A stretch of DNA of 64,000 nt from the NCBI RefSeq assembly GCF_009914755.1, contig NC_060926.1. One strand, written 5' to 3'. The stretch is from the human T2T-CHM13v2.0 reference genome, Homo sapiens. Of this stretch, positions 25,240 to 40,591 are shown piece after piece; the stretch's first letter is position 1; each line of letters begins with the position of its first letter. The notes below the pieces were generated by a model that had not been told where the DNA came from, did not search any database, and was given only the letters and a program-made list of their open reading frames with translations. The translations under genes were made by a program, and so were the position numbers.

Positions 25240-28200
25240 TACTTGGGAAGTTTTTATCTATTATTTCATTAAATAGGTTTTCCAGCCCTTTCATTCTCTC
25301 TTTGCCCTCTGGGACATCAAAAATTCAAAAATTTGGTTGCTTTATCGTGTTTCATATGTCATTGTAGGCTTTGTTTATTCTTTTTTTGTTCTTCTTATTT
25401 TTGTCTGCATTTTCCAAAAGACCTGTCTTCAAGTTCTGAGATCCTTTCTTCTGCTTGATCTAGTCTGTTGTTGGAGCTTTCAAATGCATTTTGTATTTCA
25501 TTCAGTAAGTTCTTCAGTTTAGAATTTCTGTTTAGTTCTTTATTATGATATCTATCTTTGATAAACTTCTCATTCATATCCTGAATTGTTTTTCTGATGT
25601 CTTTGTATTATTTTTCAGTATTCTTTTGTATTTTCCTGAACTTCTTTAATCAGTATTTTTAAAATTCTTTTTCTGGGCTTTCACAAATTTCTTTTTGATT
25701 GGGATCTGTTACTGAAGACTTATTGTGTTACTTTGGAGGTGTTTTTATTTCCTTGCTTTTTCATATTTCCTGTGTCCTTACATTGATATCTGCATGTAAC
25801 AGTCACTCTTCCCATTTTTTGAATTTGCTATTGTAGGGGAAGACTTTTTCTTGAAGATGTAACTATGGTATTGACTGGGAAAGGCACTTTGCCTTTGCTT
25901 TTGGGTACATGCAGTAGTATAGTCTCTTATGTTTTCTTTAGCTATAAATAGCATTAGTGGTGCTGTGATTTCCTTGGTGGCTTAGGGTGTGGTTTTTAGT
26001 AGACACTGTGGTGAAATTTTGCTGGGGATTGGGATGCCCGGTAGGCTAGTCTTCAGGACCCAGTGGTGCCCGCAGTGGGATGCACACAGCTGTCCTTGAG
26101 TCCCAGAGTGTCATACACTGGCACCAGTGTGAGCAGGTTCAGGCAGGTCAATTCTTGGGCCTTGAGGTGGCTTGCTCAGGTCTCAGGAATGGCAGCAGTG
26201 GGCTAGGTGAGTTGGCAGTTCTTGATCCCCTGAGAAGCAGTTATGGTATGGATGATGGCAATAGCAGTGGTGGGACAGCCCTTTGAGCCCCAAGCAGTCC
26301 AAACTGATGTTGTTATTGGCTGTGACAGGCTGGGCTGGCCAGGTCCCAGGCCTGCATTACAGGTGGTGCATGAGGGTGGGTTTCAACTGTGGTGGTAGTG
26401 GCAGGTCGGGTGGGCCTAACCTCAGACCCTGGAAGGAATGCTCAGGTACTAACAACAGTGGACTAGGCTGAGTGATTCCCAGCCTCCTAGGCTCGTGCTC
26501 AGGTACTGGGGAAGGGCAAAGCTGGGCTAGGTGGTCTTGCTCTCAGGACCCCAGTGGTGCACGCAGGCACTGGCTGTGGTAGGCGGGGGCAGGGTGATCT
26601 CCAGGCCACCAGGGAAATGCTTAGGCTGTGGAGCAGTGGCCTTGCTACTGGAGAGTATGGGGTTGCTTTCAGTGGGAGTAGCCATAGGTAGGTGTCTGGG
26701 GGGCATGCACTTTGCTCATGCCTTGGCCCCACAGCAACTCACAGTGGTGGTTGTGGGCAATGGAATTTGTCCTCAGCACCCCCCTCTATTGCGGGGATGG
26801 TCATTGCTAGTGGTTCCTGCGTTGGCCCTGGAGGCTGCCACTACCGGCAGGGAATGTCAGTGGGGCTCCAGAGAGGATGTGGAGATGCAGGGACTTTGGG
26901 CCCCAGGGCAGGATGCAGCCTGTTGAAGGGTAGGCTCTCAAAATGGTGCCAGGCTGTAGCTGCTTAGGACTTGGAGGGTTGTGGGATTCAATGTGAGCTC
27001 CCTCCATGGAGTAATGCCATTGCAGGGTCTCCAGGCAGCTCCCTATGTTAGTCACAGGGCCTGTGAGGGTTGAGGGGCTTTCTAGTGGCTAGGATTGTAG
27101 AAGCCCATGACGAGAATGTGGACCACTGAAGGTGTCTTGTCTACTCTTTCCCTGCATTAAGGAGCCTCCAGCCTCCCTACCAGTCCTGGCTGAGCAGGCT
27201 GCCTCGCTTCTCTCTCTTTCTTTGCTTTTGGTGCCTCCCATCACTTCCCTGCTGAATTCCAGTGTTCTCTCTTAGATGATCTATTCAAAGTGTGATTTTC
27301 TACGCACTATTTTGGTTCCTCTGTGGAAGAGGCAAGTACCAGATGCATCTAGTCAGCCATCTTGAAGCCCCTCTCCAGAGCCAAGTTGCTGGATTTTATG
27401 TTCCTGGGTTGTCTCATTCATTCTTCCCAGAGCCAACACCATGTTCTGTTTGATAAGTGTTTCATAAATGTTGCTCAGTGATTGAAAGAATGGATGAATG
27501 AATGCATAAGTATGAATGCCCAGCATGGAAGCTATCACTGTGAATCAAAAAGCTTTTATTGAGCCCAATTTGGGACGGAGATTCTAAGCAGCATCTGATA
27601 CAGGAACCTAGATCTTGTTATAGACAAAATCCTTGCTTTGGAGGATGCAATATGCCTCTGACAGCACTGAGTTCTTCCTTTGGAGGATTGCAGTATGTCT
27701 CTAACAGCACTGGAACAAACAGAACCAATCACAAGCATGGTCACTCAAGTATGAGGCAGGCAATGGCCAAAGGGCATCACAGCTAGAAGAGACGGTGGAG
27801 GATATCTGATCCTGTCCCCTCCTTGAGGATTCTGAGGATCAGCAGAGTGAAGGCCTTGCCTAAGGCTACTCAGCTGGTCAGCAGCACAGGTGGACCTGGG
27901 GCCAAGGCCTCCTGTTCATTCCATGTCTCCAGGCTGCCTAAAACCCTGTCTACATCCTGCTCACCCAGGTCCCTGAAAGCAGCCTCCACTGTGTCCAGTT
28001 GGCCTTGCTTCCCTGCTGTACCAATCCCATCCTTTGGGTTGGCATTTGCATTTTATTCTACAGAGCAGAATCCCTCTTTTTTCCTTCTATAGATGTGGGG
28101 AGGATGGAGAGAATATCTTTGCCCAGACCCCGATCTCCTGCTGTGTAGCATGAGCCACAGGCTGTAATTGGGCCTGGAGCCAGGCTGCCCACTTGAAGTG

Positions 28201-28615
28201 TGTTCACACAAGGGAGGAGGCTTCGGCCTCCTCATGTGTGAAAAGTTCTAGATGGCTGCTATACTCTGTGGGACACATCTCCCTCTTTGTTGAAGAGCAG
28301 GCAGAGTAAACAGGGGCTGTTTTGTTGGGCCTAATTTCCTGGTAGCATATCATCATGAATATTTACTGGTGTAGAAAAGTGGTGAGGATCCCTTAGTCCC
28401 TACTATGAAATCAGAAACTCTCTAAGACAAGAAGTAAGTATGTTTCATAGTTGACACTTTGTACCAATAGCACTAAGAGAGAAAATAGACAATTTTTCTG
28501 TCTACTATGGGCCAGTGAGATGACCTGCTGAAAACTTGGTTTGTCTTTTCATAAGAATAATAGCCATCACTTAAATAGCACTAACTGTGCCAGACACTGA
28601 CATAAGCACTTTATA

Positions 28616-28846
28616 CAGCTGTCTCTTGGTATGTGCAGGGGATTGGTTCTCGGACCTCTGTGTATTGCCACATACTCAAGTCCCACAGTAGGCCATGTGG
28701 AACCTGCAGAAATGGAACCTGTGGATTCAAAAAGTAGCCTCTATATATGCAGGTTTCACATCCAGTGAATACTGTGTTTGGTTGAAAAAAATCTGCATAG
28801 AAGTGGACCCACACAGTTCAAACTCATGTTGTTCAAGGGTCAACTC
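28616..28846 (+). mobile_element. MER8-like Tigger-family DNA transposon, inside a MIR
   Basis: TA-flanked; CAGCTGTCTCTTGGTAT…GGGGATTGGTTC start and …GTTGTTCAAGGGTCAACT end. Confidence 0.8.
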
Positions 28847-29422
28847 TATAGATTAGCATTCCCATTTGGGAAAATGAAGCACACAGGGAGACCAAGTAAC
28901 TTTTCCAAGTTCACACAAGTAGTGGGTGATAGAAGCCAGATTTATATGCTTAGATAGTCTGGCTTCTAAATCTATACACTTAGCCACTTCACTTCATGGT
29001 CTGCTTAGAAAGACAGCTTGTCAGTGAGGTGTGGTTGATGTTTCCCCAAGCCTTAGCAAAGGTAAAATGGACCCCCAGCATTTTTAAGGTTTGCCTCCTT
29101 AAAAGCACATTCACACACTCAAACTGTGTTGTTGGAAAACAGAATGAATACTTAAGGTTTCAAAGGCTCTCCAGAACTGAAAAGAGGCACAGAGGCTGCA
29201 GGATCAGCAGGATGGGTGCCAAAACCTGCTGTGGCACCATGCCTTTGCAAAGGTGGATCTTCAGAGGAGAAGGACTGTGTGTATGGCTGAAGGAGTGGAC
29301 CCTGAGCACTGGGCAGGCCTTTCAAGGTGCCAGGTAAGTAGAGTAAAGCTGCTGGCCTCAAGGAAATACACAGCCTGACTGTGTGTGGTCTGACTTCAGG
29401 AGACTTGAACACAGAGAGATAG

Positions 29423-29770
<348 letters not shown>

Positions 29771-29940
29771 CAGAAACTGTAATCTTCTTTAGTGCCCAGG
29801 GTGCAGTGGGGTGTGGTGAGGACTGTGGCCAGCTTTAGTTTGTGCCCACTCTAGAAGAGACAACTGCTGTTCAGTGCCAGCTTTTGGTAGCCATGTGGGA
29901 ATAATGCATTTAATATCATCAGATAAAAATTTTTTTTGTA

Positions 29941-30300
<360 letters not shown>

Positions 30301-30341
30301 TCAATGCTCAATATTTTAGATTAGATTTGGGGTGGCTTGAA

Positions 30342-30398
30342 GAACCCACTGTGGGAGGATGAACCCACTGTGGGAGGATGAACCCACTGTGGGAGGAT
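30342..30398. repeat. 3 x 19 bp perfect tandem repeat GAACCCACTGTGGGAGGAT
   Basis: Seen directly. Confidence 0.97.
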
Positions 30399-30527
30399 GG
30401 TGTCCTGTGGTTTTACTTCCAGTCAACTTCAGTGTAAACCAACAGCTTTAGCTGGGAGAGGCCCAGTGCCCCACATGGCCCTGCATGGCACACAGGAACA
30501 GTGGCAGGTGGTCATGGAGCCAGGTAG

Positions 30528-30528
<1 letters not shown>

Positions 30529-30566
<38 letters not shown>

Positions 30567-30838
30567 GAGACAGAGTCTCACCCCGTCGCCCATGCTGGAG
30601 TGCAGTGGTGTGATCTGCAACCTCCGCCTCCCAGGTTCAAATGATTCTCCTGCCTCAGCCTCTCAAGTAGCTGGGATTATAGGCATGCACCACCACTCTT
30701 GGCTAATTTTTTGTATCTTTAGTAGAGATGGGATTTCACCATGTTGGTCAGGCTGGTCTTGAACTTCTGATCTTGTGATCCGCCCGCCTCAGCCTCCCAA
30801 AGTGCTGGGACTACAGTCATGAGCCACTGCGCCTGGCC
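30529..30838 (-). mobile_element. Alu with (TG)n-converted tail
   Basis: About 17 TG units then an antisense Alu; TSD CAGG(T/C)AGATG. Confidence 0.93.
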
Positions 30839-31507
30839 AGGCAGATGTTTTTTTTAAGACCCTGTAAGTCTCAAGGACAAGGAGGACCACAAAAATGTGA
30901 CATTGAACTTCCTGCCGATTTGCTTATGGGTAGCTTTAACCTAAATAGGAAGAAATAAAGGGATGTGACCATTCCTGGCTTTCTAGGTGAGGTAGGTAAA
31001 GAATTCATTCCATTTACAAGTTTCGTTTTATCCCTCGCCACAGTCTTGCGAGCTAAAAGCAACCACATGCTGTTAACAGATTCAGATGGGCTGACTTGCC
31101 CAAAGGGGCACCGTAAACGGGATGATAAATACATCCCCAAGTGCATGGAATCAGGCAAACCGGGTTCCTTGGCTCACCAACTCAGCCGCCATATGGTCTG
31201 GAGCAGCTTAGAGTTTCTAGGCCTCTGTTTCCTCATCTCATAAAATAAGTGTAAAAGCAACGCCTATTAGATGTGTTGTAGGTTAAAATTAGTTAATGTC
31301 TGAAAAGTGCTTAGAGTAATGCCTCTCTCCTAATGAACACTCTCATAAATGTTAGCCATAACAACTGTTATCCAAGTCCCTGCTTAAGCCTAGGTAGCTA
31401 TTATTTGAGTGCTGTGCCTTCACTGCTCCTCACTCTCATCATTACCATTCGGCCTTTCAAACAGCCTCCCTCATCAACACCATTCCCACTAGGAAATGTT
31501 CAGGAGT

Positions 31508-32106
31508 GGTGTTGTCCAATACAATCGCCACTAGCTGCTGCGACTACCGAGCACTCAGTGTGGGGCTGGAATTGAGATGTGCTGTAAGTTGTATTACTGA
31601 AATACACACTGGATTTCAAAGTCTTGGTATAAACAAGGGAGCATATCATATCTTATTGGTACTTTATATATTGATTACACAATGAAATGATAATATTTTG
31701 GATATATTGGATTAAATAAAGTATCATTAAAATTAATTTCACCTGTTTTACTTTTTAAATGTGGCTACTAGAAAGTTTAAAATTACAGCTGGGCACTATG
31801 GCTCACACCTGCAATTCAGGCATTTTGAGAAGCCATGGTGGGAGGATTGCTTGAGCCTGGGGGTTTGAGACCAACCTAGGCAATATAGGTACTCAGGAGA
31901 CTGAGGCAGGAGGATATCTTGAGCCCAGGAGGTCAATGCTGCAGTAAGTCATGATTGTACCACTGCACTCCAGCCTGGGTGACAGAGCAAGACTCTGCCT
32001 CAAAAAAAAAAAAAAAAAGAAAGAAAGAAAGAAAAAAGAAAGAAAGAAAGAAAGTAAGTTTAAAAGTACTTATGTGGCTTGCATTAAATTTCAATTGGAC
32101 AGCACT
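31508..32106 (+). mobile_element. MER33 (hAT-Charlie) interrupted by an AluJ at 31788-32051
   Basis: TIRs TGTCCAAT … ATTGGACAGCA; MER33 interior GAATTGAGATGTGCTGTAAG. Alu TSD AAGTTTAAAA(T/G)TAC. Confidence 0.85.
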
Positions 32107-32177
32107 TATCTAGAATCTAGAGCATTGCCTGACACAGAGTAGGCCTTTCAGAAACATATGTTGAATAAGTGAATGAA

Positions 32178-32700
32178 CAGCTAGAAGGATATTTAATGTT
32201 CCCAACACAAAGAAATAATAAATGTTTGAGAGGATGGATATGCTAATTAGCCTGTTCTGATCACTATGCATTACATGTATGGTATATTAGTCTGTTTTCA
32301 CACTGCTGAAAAAGACATACCTGAGACTGGGCAATTTACAAAAGAAAGAGGTTTATTGGACTTATGGTTCCACATGGCTGGGAAGGCCTCACAATCATGG
32401 CAGAAGGTGAAAGGCACGTCTCACATGGCAGCAGACAAGAGAAGAGAGCTTGTGCAAGGAAACTCCCCTTTTTAAAACCATCAGATCTCGTGAGACTTAT
32501 TCACCATAGTGAGAACAGCGCAGGAAAGACCCAACCCCATAATTCAATCACCTCCCACTGGGTTCCTTTCACAACACTTGGGAATTCAAGATGAGATTTG
32601 GGTGGGGACACGGCCAAACCATATCATATGGCAACATTACTACGTACCTCACTAATATGTACAATTAGTATGTGTCAATTTAAAAATATTTTAACATAAA
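32178..32700 (+). mobile_element. L1M 3' end fragment, interrupted by THE1
   Basis: TTCCCAACACAAAGAAATAATAAATGTTTGAG…GATGGATATGCTAATTA…ATATGTACAATTA. Confidence 0.75.
32283..32626 (-). mobile_element. THE1-type MaLR solo LTR
   Basis: TATATTAGTCTGTTTTCACACTGCTG…CCAAACCATATCA; perfect 5-bp TSD TATGG. Confidence 0.92.
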
Positions 32701-33417
32701 TAAATAAGTACATTAATTAATAAAGACTTCCATGGAGTTCTCAGGCCTTTGTCTTCTCACTTGAGCTACATGCCCTCCCTCTGGCTCTCCAACCCCTGCA
32801 ATGAATGACCATCACAGAATCTCAGTTGTCATTCACCACTAGACAACTTCTCGGTCCCACAGTCCACAGAATAGGGAATGGAGCCTCGAGAGATGGAGGG
32901 CCTTGAGAAGATCACACATCCATAAATGACAGAGCAGAGGGTAGAACCAGAATGCCTTTTCCAAAGCCTATGCACTTAAACACTACTTTGTTTTGCCAAT
33001 GTGGTCCTAGATTTCTATAAACATGTCTTCATAAAGGCAGATGGAAACTCTCAGAGTAAGGCTGAGCAAGTGGTCACAAGGGTAGCAGTCACACAATGAG
33101 CTCCCAGGAGATCCTGCCATCCCTCCTTGTGAAACCTTGACCTCAAAATTAAGATTAAGCCTAACCCCAACCACCCATCTTGCAGGAGCCATTGAAGTTG
33201 CAGCTCTTGAAGGCAGAAACCAATAGTACTCTCATTTGGGTCATTCTGTCATGTATTTAAGTAAAAGGGCCTTGGGGTGCCCTTGTAATAGCGATAATAG
33301 TATTGAAAAAAAACAAAAGAGTTGGCAATATCTCCTTGGAAGTCTCTGAAATAGTTAATATTATTGATCCAGAGAGGCTGCCAGTTGGCACTTGCTGAGT
33401 TGCTTTCTTTCTCTCAG

Positions 33418-33419
<2 letters not shown>

Positions 33420-33468
<49 letters not shown>
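33420..33468. repeat. (CA)~24 microsatellite
   Basis: Seen directly. Confidence 0.97.
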
Positions 33469-33471
<3 letters not shown>

Positions 33472-34276
33472 ACCGCTACCACACAAGTGCAGAGTCAGTG
33501 CCCAGGGAGCCATGTGCTAGTCAGTAAAAGATTTTGGAACAATACACTTAGAGTCAATTAAATACAAATGTGAGGCAGTTACACAACATCATAAAAACAT
33601 TCAAGGAGGAGGAGCAAGAAAGGCACATGGCAGAGCCAAATAAGAAGGACCAAGGTCCATAAGAATGGTGATAATACGTTTTTAAAATGTTAGGCTATCG
33701 ATATTGTTTAAAATGTTAAAGTATTGATCACTTTCTAAAACAGCCATTAGTCTCTTTGTCCTATCTGTTTGTAAAATCTCAGACTTTCTAGGTCACACTC
33801 ATTGCACCCAAACCCAGATAATGCAGTAGGTGAGCAGAAGCTGGTCTTTCCATTGAGTAGACAGGGACAAGTGGTGGCCTGAAACTCACAGCATAGCTAA
33901 GATGGAACTAGAAGCCAAGCCTTGCAAGTCAGAGACACACATCACTCAAGTGCACGATGGTGACAGGCCATTCCCCCAGAGACTTGGAGGCCTGAAAAGA
34001 GGGAGGAGGCTTCATTCCCATTCTTTTTATTTTTATTTTTAAAAATTTGTTTGCTTTTTCAAATGGCTCATCTGTCAACTTGATTCATTCTCATTCTTGA
34101 GGGTCTGACAGTCTAGTGAGGAAGACAGAACAAAACACCTAATTTTCAAAAGAACTCAGACCAAAACAAAGTCAACAATTAGCCACAACCAGATGGGACT
34201 GTAGATATAAGTAACAGAGAATGCTGGAAACACTCATCCTAGCAGGAAGTAGAACTGAATTTTAAAGGTGAAAGGG

Positions 34277-34600
<324 letters not shown>

Positions 34601-35959
34601 CTAGAAAGGATGGAGCTTTTGATTTGGGGGTAAGCATCTGAGGACTGGAGGCTTGGTGTGAGCAGACGAATAAGCTGATTGTCCTTGCTGGTGACCCAAC
34701 AAGGATGCTGCAGTATCAGAGAGCACCTGGATGGTAAGCATCCCTGAAACTGCTGTTTAGACTTAGTCTTTATGCAAGATGGTAACAGAAAGGCCAGAGA
34801 AAGGAAGTAGTTTGGACCAGGAATCATCCTTTCAGTCATGGCTGTTACTGGTGGCTCTGCCATCTTGCTCAATCGACAGTGTTTTTCAGTGAAACTGTAT
34901 TTACTGCTTTTTCTCAGAGCTCCCTCCGCACCGTGTTTTCCCAGAGCCAGGGCGCTGAGCTGTGGGAACTAGGTTTGGCCAGCTCCCTGAAAACTTCCAC
35001 CTGCTGAGAGCTCCAGTTGTCTCCCTGCCATCGTGATGAACGTGCTGCAGAGCGCAAAACTGGGGCAAGTGAAAAAATGAATTGAAATAAGGAAATGAAG
35101 CAACCTGTAAAAAACCAGCAAACAAGACTAAATCAGCAATGAAAATCAATGAGGCAAACACCATCTGGCCCTGAAAATGAATGGAGCACAAAAGGAGGCC
35201 TTGCCTCCTGGGGATTCCTGCTCCAACCAGGCAGAGTTACATTCATGCCTGCCTGAGATAAGCCTGGGTTGGCAGCAAGTGCTGATGTGTTTTTGCAGAG
35301 CAGGATGTTTGGGACAGGTGCTTTTTTCCCTTGACAATATATCGGGGTATATTTTTTACCTAACGAAACTCTAACAGGAATGAGTTATGAGTTTCATCAA
35401 CACACAGAGCAGAATTCAGAGATTTGAATACAATGGAACTGTCCCTGAGAGAGGTACAGCTGGTTTGCATCTGACCGCTTGCATTTACTCATTCATTCCT
35501 TCACTTATCCATCCTTCCATTCATCCATCCCTCTCTTCCTCTCCGTTTCCACCACCACTGATCTAGTCCACTCCACAGCACATCACTCCAAATGCTTGCT
35601 GGGTCCTCCTCTCCGGGCTGCCTTCCTCTGAGCCCTCCTCCACATGCCTCCAGAGCCTATTTTCCAAGCCCAAACCTGCTACACTTTCCTGATGTTAGCC
35701 TTTTAATGTCCCTCCACTGCTCACACGCAATGCCCACCATAGCCAAGCTTCTGCCAACCGGCCACAACCTGCTGCATTGTCCCCCCCTATCACTCCATTC
35801 ATGCAGAATTACTTCCAGGTCCATTAAGGAGCTACATGGACTCATGCTTTGGTGTGTTTTCTAATGCAGGTCCCTCACCCTGGAATGTTTCCTTTTTGTC
35901 TTCTCTCACATTTTCTCACCTATATGCCCACTGATATATACTTAAGTATAAAGACCAAG

Positions 35960-36779
35960 TGTAGTGGCCATGAAAGTGTGCCACTCAGACCACTTGCTGC
36001 AGAAAGCATAACTGTCAGTGCCTCCAGCTGTTGCCCTTCTGGTTTTGCTGCCATGTTCACATGAAGGCCATGGTGCCAGTGGGCTGCTCCCAGCCAATGA
36101 CTGAGTACAACAGGGTACTAAGGCAGCCCCATCCAACAAGACATGAGATTCCTCCAGGAGGAGACTTTGGCTTAAGAGTTCTCCGTTGGTCTAGCCAAAT
36201 CTTACCTGGAACTGCTCCTCTGCAAACTGAGACTTCGCCAACCCTATCCTCCTTTACCCCTCTCTTCCTTGATAGGAATCAGGCCTGCATTATGGTCTGA
36301 AGGCTCTTCCTGCCTTCTGCTCCCTCCCTCAATGAATCTCTTGTATGTAACCCTCTGTCTTAGTCCATTTTGTGCTGCTATAACAAATTACCACAGGCTG
36401 GGTAATTTATAAAGAACAGAAATTTATTTTCTTACAGTTCTGGAGCATGGGAAGTCCAAGATCTAGGTACCAACATCTGGTAAGGGCCTTCTTGTCACAC
36501 CATAACATGGCAGAAAGCATCACATGGGTGAGAGATGGGAGGGTGAAGTCATCTTTTTAATAAGGAACACACTCCTGAGATAACAAGCCCAAGATAATGG
36601 CATTAATCCAGTCACGAGGGCAGTGCCCCAATGACCCAAACCCTTCCCTTTAGGTCCCACATCCCAACACCACTTTGGCATTGAGATCAAGTTTGCAACA
36701 CATGAACTTTGGAGGACACATTCAAACCATAGCACCCTCTCTTTGCATCTGCTTTTCTGTGAACCTGAACTAATGTACA
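35960..36779 (+). mobile_element. LTR16-like ERVL LTR interrupted by an MST element
   Basis: TGTAGTGGCCATG…CCACTCAGA start; resumes after 36734 with GCATCTGCTT…AACCTGAACTAA. Confidence 0.6.
36356..36734 (-). mobile_element. MST-type MaLR solo LTR
   Basis: TGTCTTAGTCCATTTTGTGCTGCTATAAC…TTCAAACCATAGCA; TSD CCCTC. Confidence 0.9.
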
Positions 36780-37546
36780 AAGTTAACATCACTTATTTCT
36801 TAAAAACCTTCTTAACCTCCCTCAAGTAGAATTGAACTCTCTTTCACACTGTCCCCTCTACCTTCATGTACTTTCATGATTATACCAATGGTTCTTTACG
36901 GTAATTATCTGCTTATATGGCTGTCCCTGTCACCCAGACTGCAGACTCCATGAGGCCAAGGAGTTTACTGTCTTATTTGTCTTACTAACATCACTGCCTA
37001 GTACAATGCCTGTTATATTCAGATGCACCATAAATGTTTATGAAATGGATGAATAATTGATCTATTTATTCATTTATCAGTTCTCATCACCCTGGACTAT
37101 GTGTCAGGTACTGAGAATAGGGAGATTAATGAACCAGAATCCCTGACTTTAATATACTCTTAGGCTGATCAGTGGGATTAGCATGCAGATAATGACATTA
37201 AAAGTGAGAATGGAATAGCTTCTTTCAAAATGGTATAAGCAAAATGAAATAAGAAACCAGAGGAAGGTATAATTGCTCTCACTGGGAATGGAGGATGGAG
37301 GAGGAATCAGCGAAGGCTTCCTAGAGACAGCATTTGGATTGGGCCATGTGGGATCTGTAAGATTTATACAAGGGGTGTAGGACACAAAGGGCCTTTCCAG
37401 GCCAGAGAAACTACGTAAACAAGGGCACCAAAGTGTGTTGTGACGAGGGCCATTTTGTTAATTTCTGTCACGAAAATTTTCAAATACACACACAAAAAAG
37501 AAGGTAATGCGTTTGTTTTACCTTCTTGTTTTGTTGTTTTAGCTAA

Positions 37547-37838
<292 letters not shown>

Positions 37839-38734
37839 GGCTTTATTTATTTGATGTTTGTTTACTCTGTCTGATTCTCTAGGGTCTCCATCTGCCTTGG
37901 AACTCAGAAAGCAGCCTTCACCTTGTTTGTTTCAGTAGCTCCATATTGTCAATCTCCTTGACTGACTTTCCCAAGTCACATCTGGCAGGCTCTGTGACCA
38001 GGACTGATGTCTGTGAGGCTTCAGGCATTTGGCTGGACAAGCAGAAACCTTCAGCGAATATCCTCAGTCAGTCCCTGGGCAGAGGACTGACTGGCCCCTG
38101 AGGACTGGAACCTGGAGTGGGCACAGGGCATCATACACTTTGTCTGCCATCATCTTCTGTTGGAAGGAAAACCCTGGCCTAGGAAGGATTTGGAAGGTGG
38201 GAGAAAGACTTAGGGGAGAGAAGGAAAAGAACCAACTGCCTGCAGTCTGGATGATCCTGCTTCTGTGCTTGCCAGCCTTGCTTGCAGCTTCTATTGGGCA
38301 CAGAGGGAGCTGGGCTAGCAGGCAGCCACTCTCAAAGATGGCTGGCTGCATCTGTGTGCGGTGCCTCTCAGCCAAGCAGACTCCTCTCAACTGCGTGCCG
38401 GCAGCAAAAACTCCAGATTTCTGGTCGCTCCAAAGGCTGTTCTAGAAAAACCTCTGGTCTGGAGGACCAAGGCCTAACTAAAGGTAGGGGAGGCCACTCC
38501 TGCTGTCCAACCCAAGGTCTCTTCCCTGCCCCTGCCCTTCATTAAATTACCAAATAAAGTCTGAAGTGCAGATTTCCTTGCTCTCAAACTTTCCTTATCA
38601 CAGAACCATAGAAACACAGGCAGTGGGAAGCCTCAGGAGTCCTCTACCCCAAACCCTTTAGGGCCCACCCTGCTGCAAGTTCTCAGGAAAGATGACCCAG
38701 GACTTTATCCAAGTACAAGGTACCTATTTTCTAA

Positions 38735-39059
<325 letters not shown>

Positions 39060-39914
39060 TAATAGTTACTTAATATTCTACTGCATATATGCACCATAAT
39101 TTAAAACATTACACAAATATCACATGAATTCATTTTTATAATTAAAATGCAAACAATATAAGCAGAGAGAAAGTTCCCCCTTCATATTCCTCAACCACAT
39201 CCTCTCCCCGCAAAAATCGCTCTAATCAGTTTGGTAGTATCACTCCATATTCTTTTGGATGTGGCATCTTAAAATATGAGATGAAGGTGTGGTTTTGTTG
39301 TGGTGGTTTTTCTCCAAGTATGTGATCATTATGCATCTTGTCCTGCAGATTTCAGTTTTCAATTAACGATATGATTTTGAGAACTTTCCCTGTCAGTCCT
39401 TCCATGCCTATGACATTCTCTGATGCTGATGGTATTGCATGGTTTCAATATCTCATACTGCATCACTCCCATGTGACAGACATTTAGGTTCTTTCCAATT
39501 TGTCTCATTATTACACTCATATTGCTCTCATTTCCCAAGCTCTTTGCAAATGCAACATCTGCTACTCTCGCTCTAGGAGAGTTCCAAAGAAATGGAATCC
39601 CTGGGTTGAAGGACATGTATATTTAAAATTCAGTAGAATACTACCAAATAGCCCTCGAAAACAGCCTACTAATTTATCCTCCTACCCTCAGGGTGGGGCA
39701 GATGCCCCCAGCTGGCCTACCCAGCATCCAGTCCCATCTCCTTTTCCCTTGGTGCATTCCATAGTAGTAGCTGGTAAATAAATAAAAAAGGGTAAATAAT
39801 CACTTTCCTAGCCCACCCCTCCAGCAGCTAAGTGTGGCTATAAGACACATTTTTGGCCACAATGCTACACATGGAAGCATCTAGGAGCAGAAACATAGTT
39901 CTTTACCTTTTCAG

Positions 39915-40239
<325 letters not shown>

Positions 40240-40591
40240 AACTTTTCTTGACATAAAGGAGAGATGTGACTGGGCCCCCCCTTCTCTTATCTCATCTCAA
40301 GATGAGCTATCATATTGAGACTATGAGGTTAGAGTCACAGGTGACAAATCAACATTTTAAGGGTGCCAGAGCAGACGATAGAAAGAACCTGAGTTGCTAG
40401 TGGCATCACCAAGCAACTGGACTGATGCCAGCAGCCATGTACACTGGACATCTTATTACAAAAGGAAAACACACCCTTAATTGTTTAAACTCCTGCTAGT
40501 TGGGTATGTTACTTGTAACTGAAGAAAAACTTAAATGGGACAGAGTACTGATTCCAGGTACCCATTTTGCTTTGATTCAACCTTGCTTTTT

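Noticed and set aside
25950-27100. Cluster of overlapping G-rich ORFs suggesting a gene or CpG island
   Set aside because: It is the CpG-depleted 5' UTR of the old L1.
30342-30398. Palindromic repeats resembling a CRISPR array
   Set aside because: No spacers, no cas genes, eukaryotic context; it is a simple tandem repeat.
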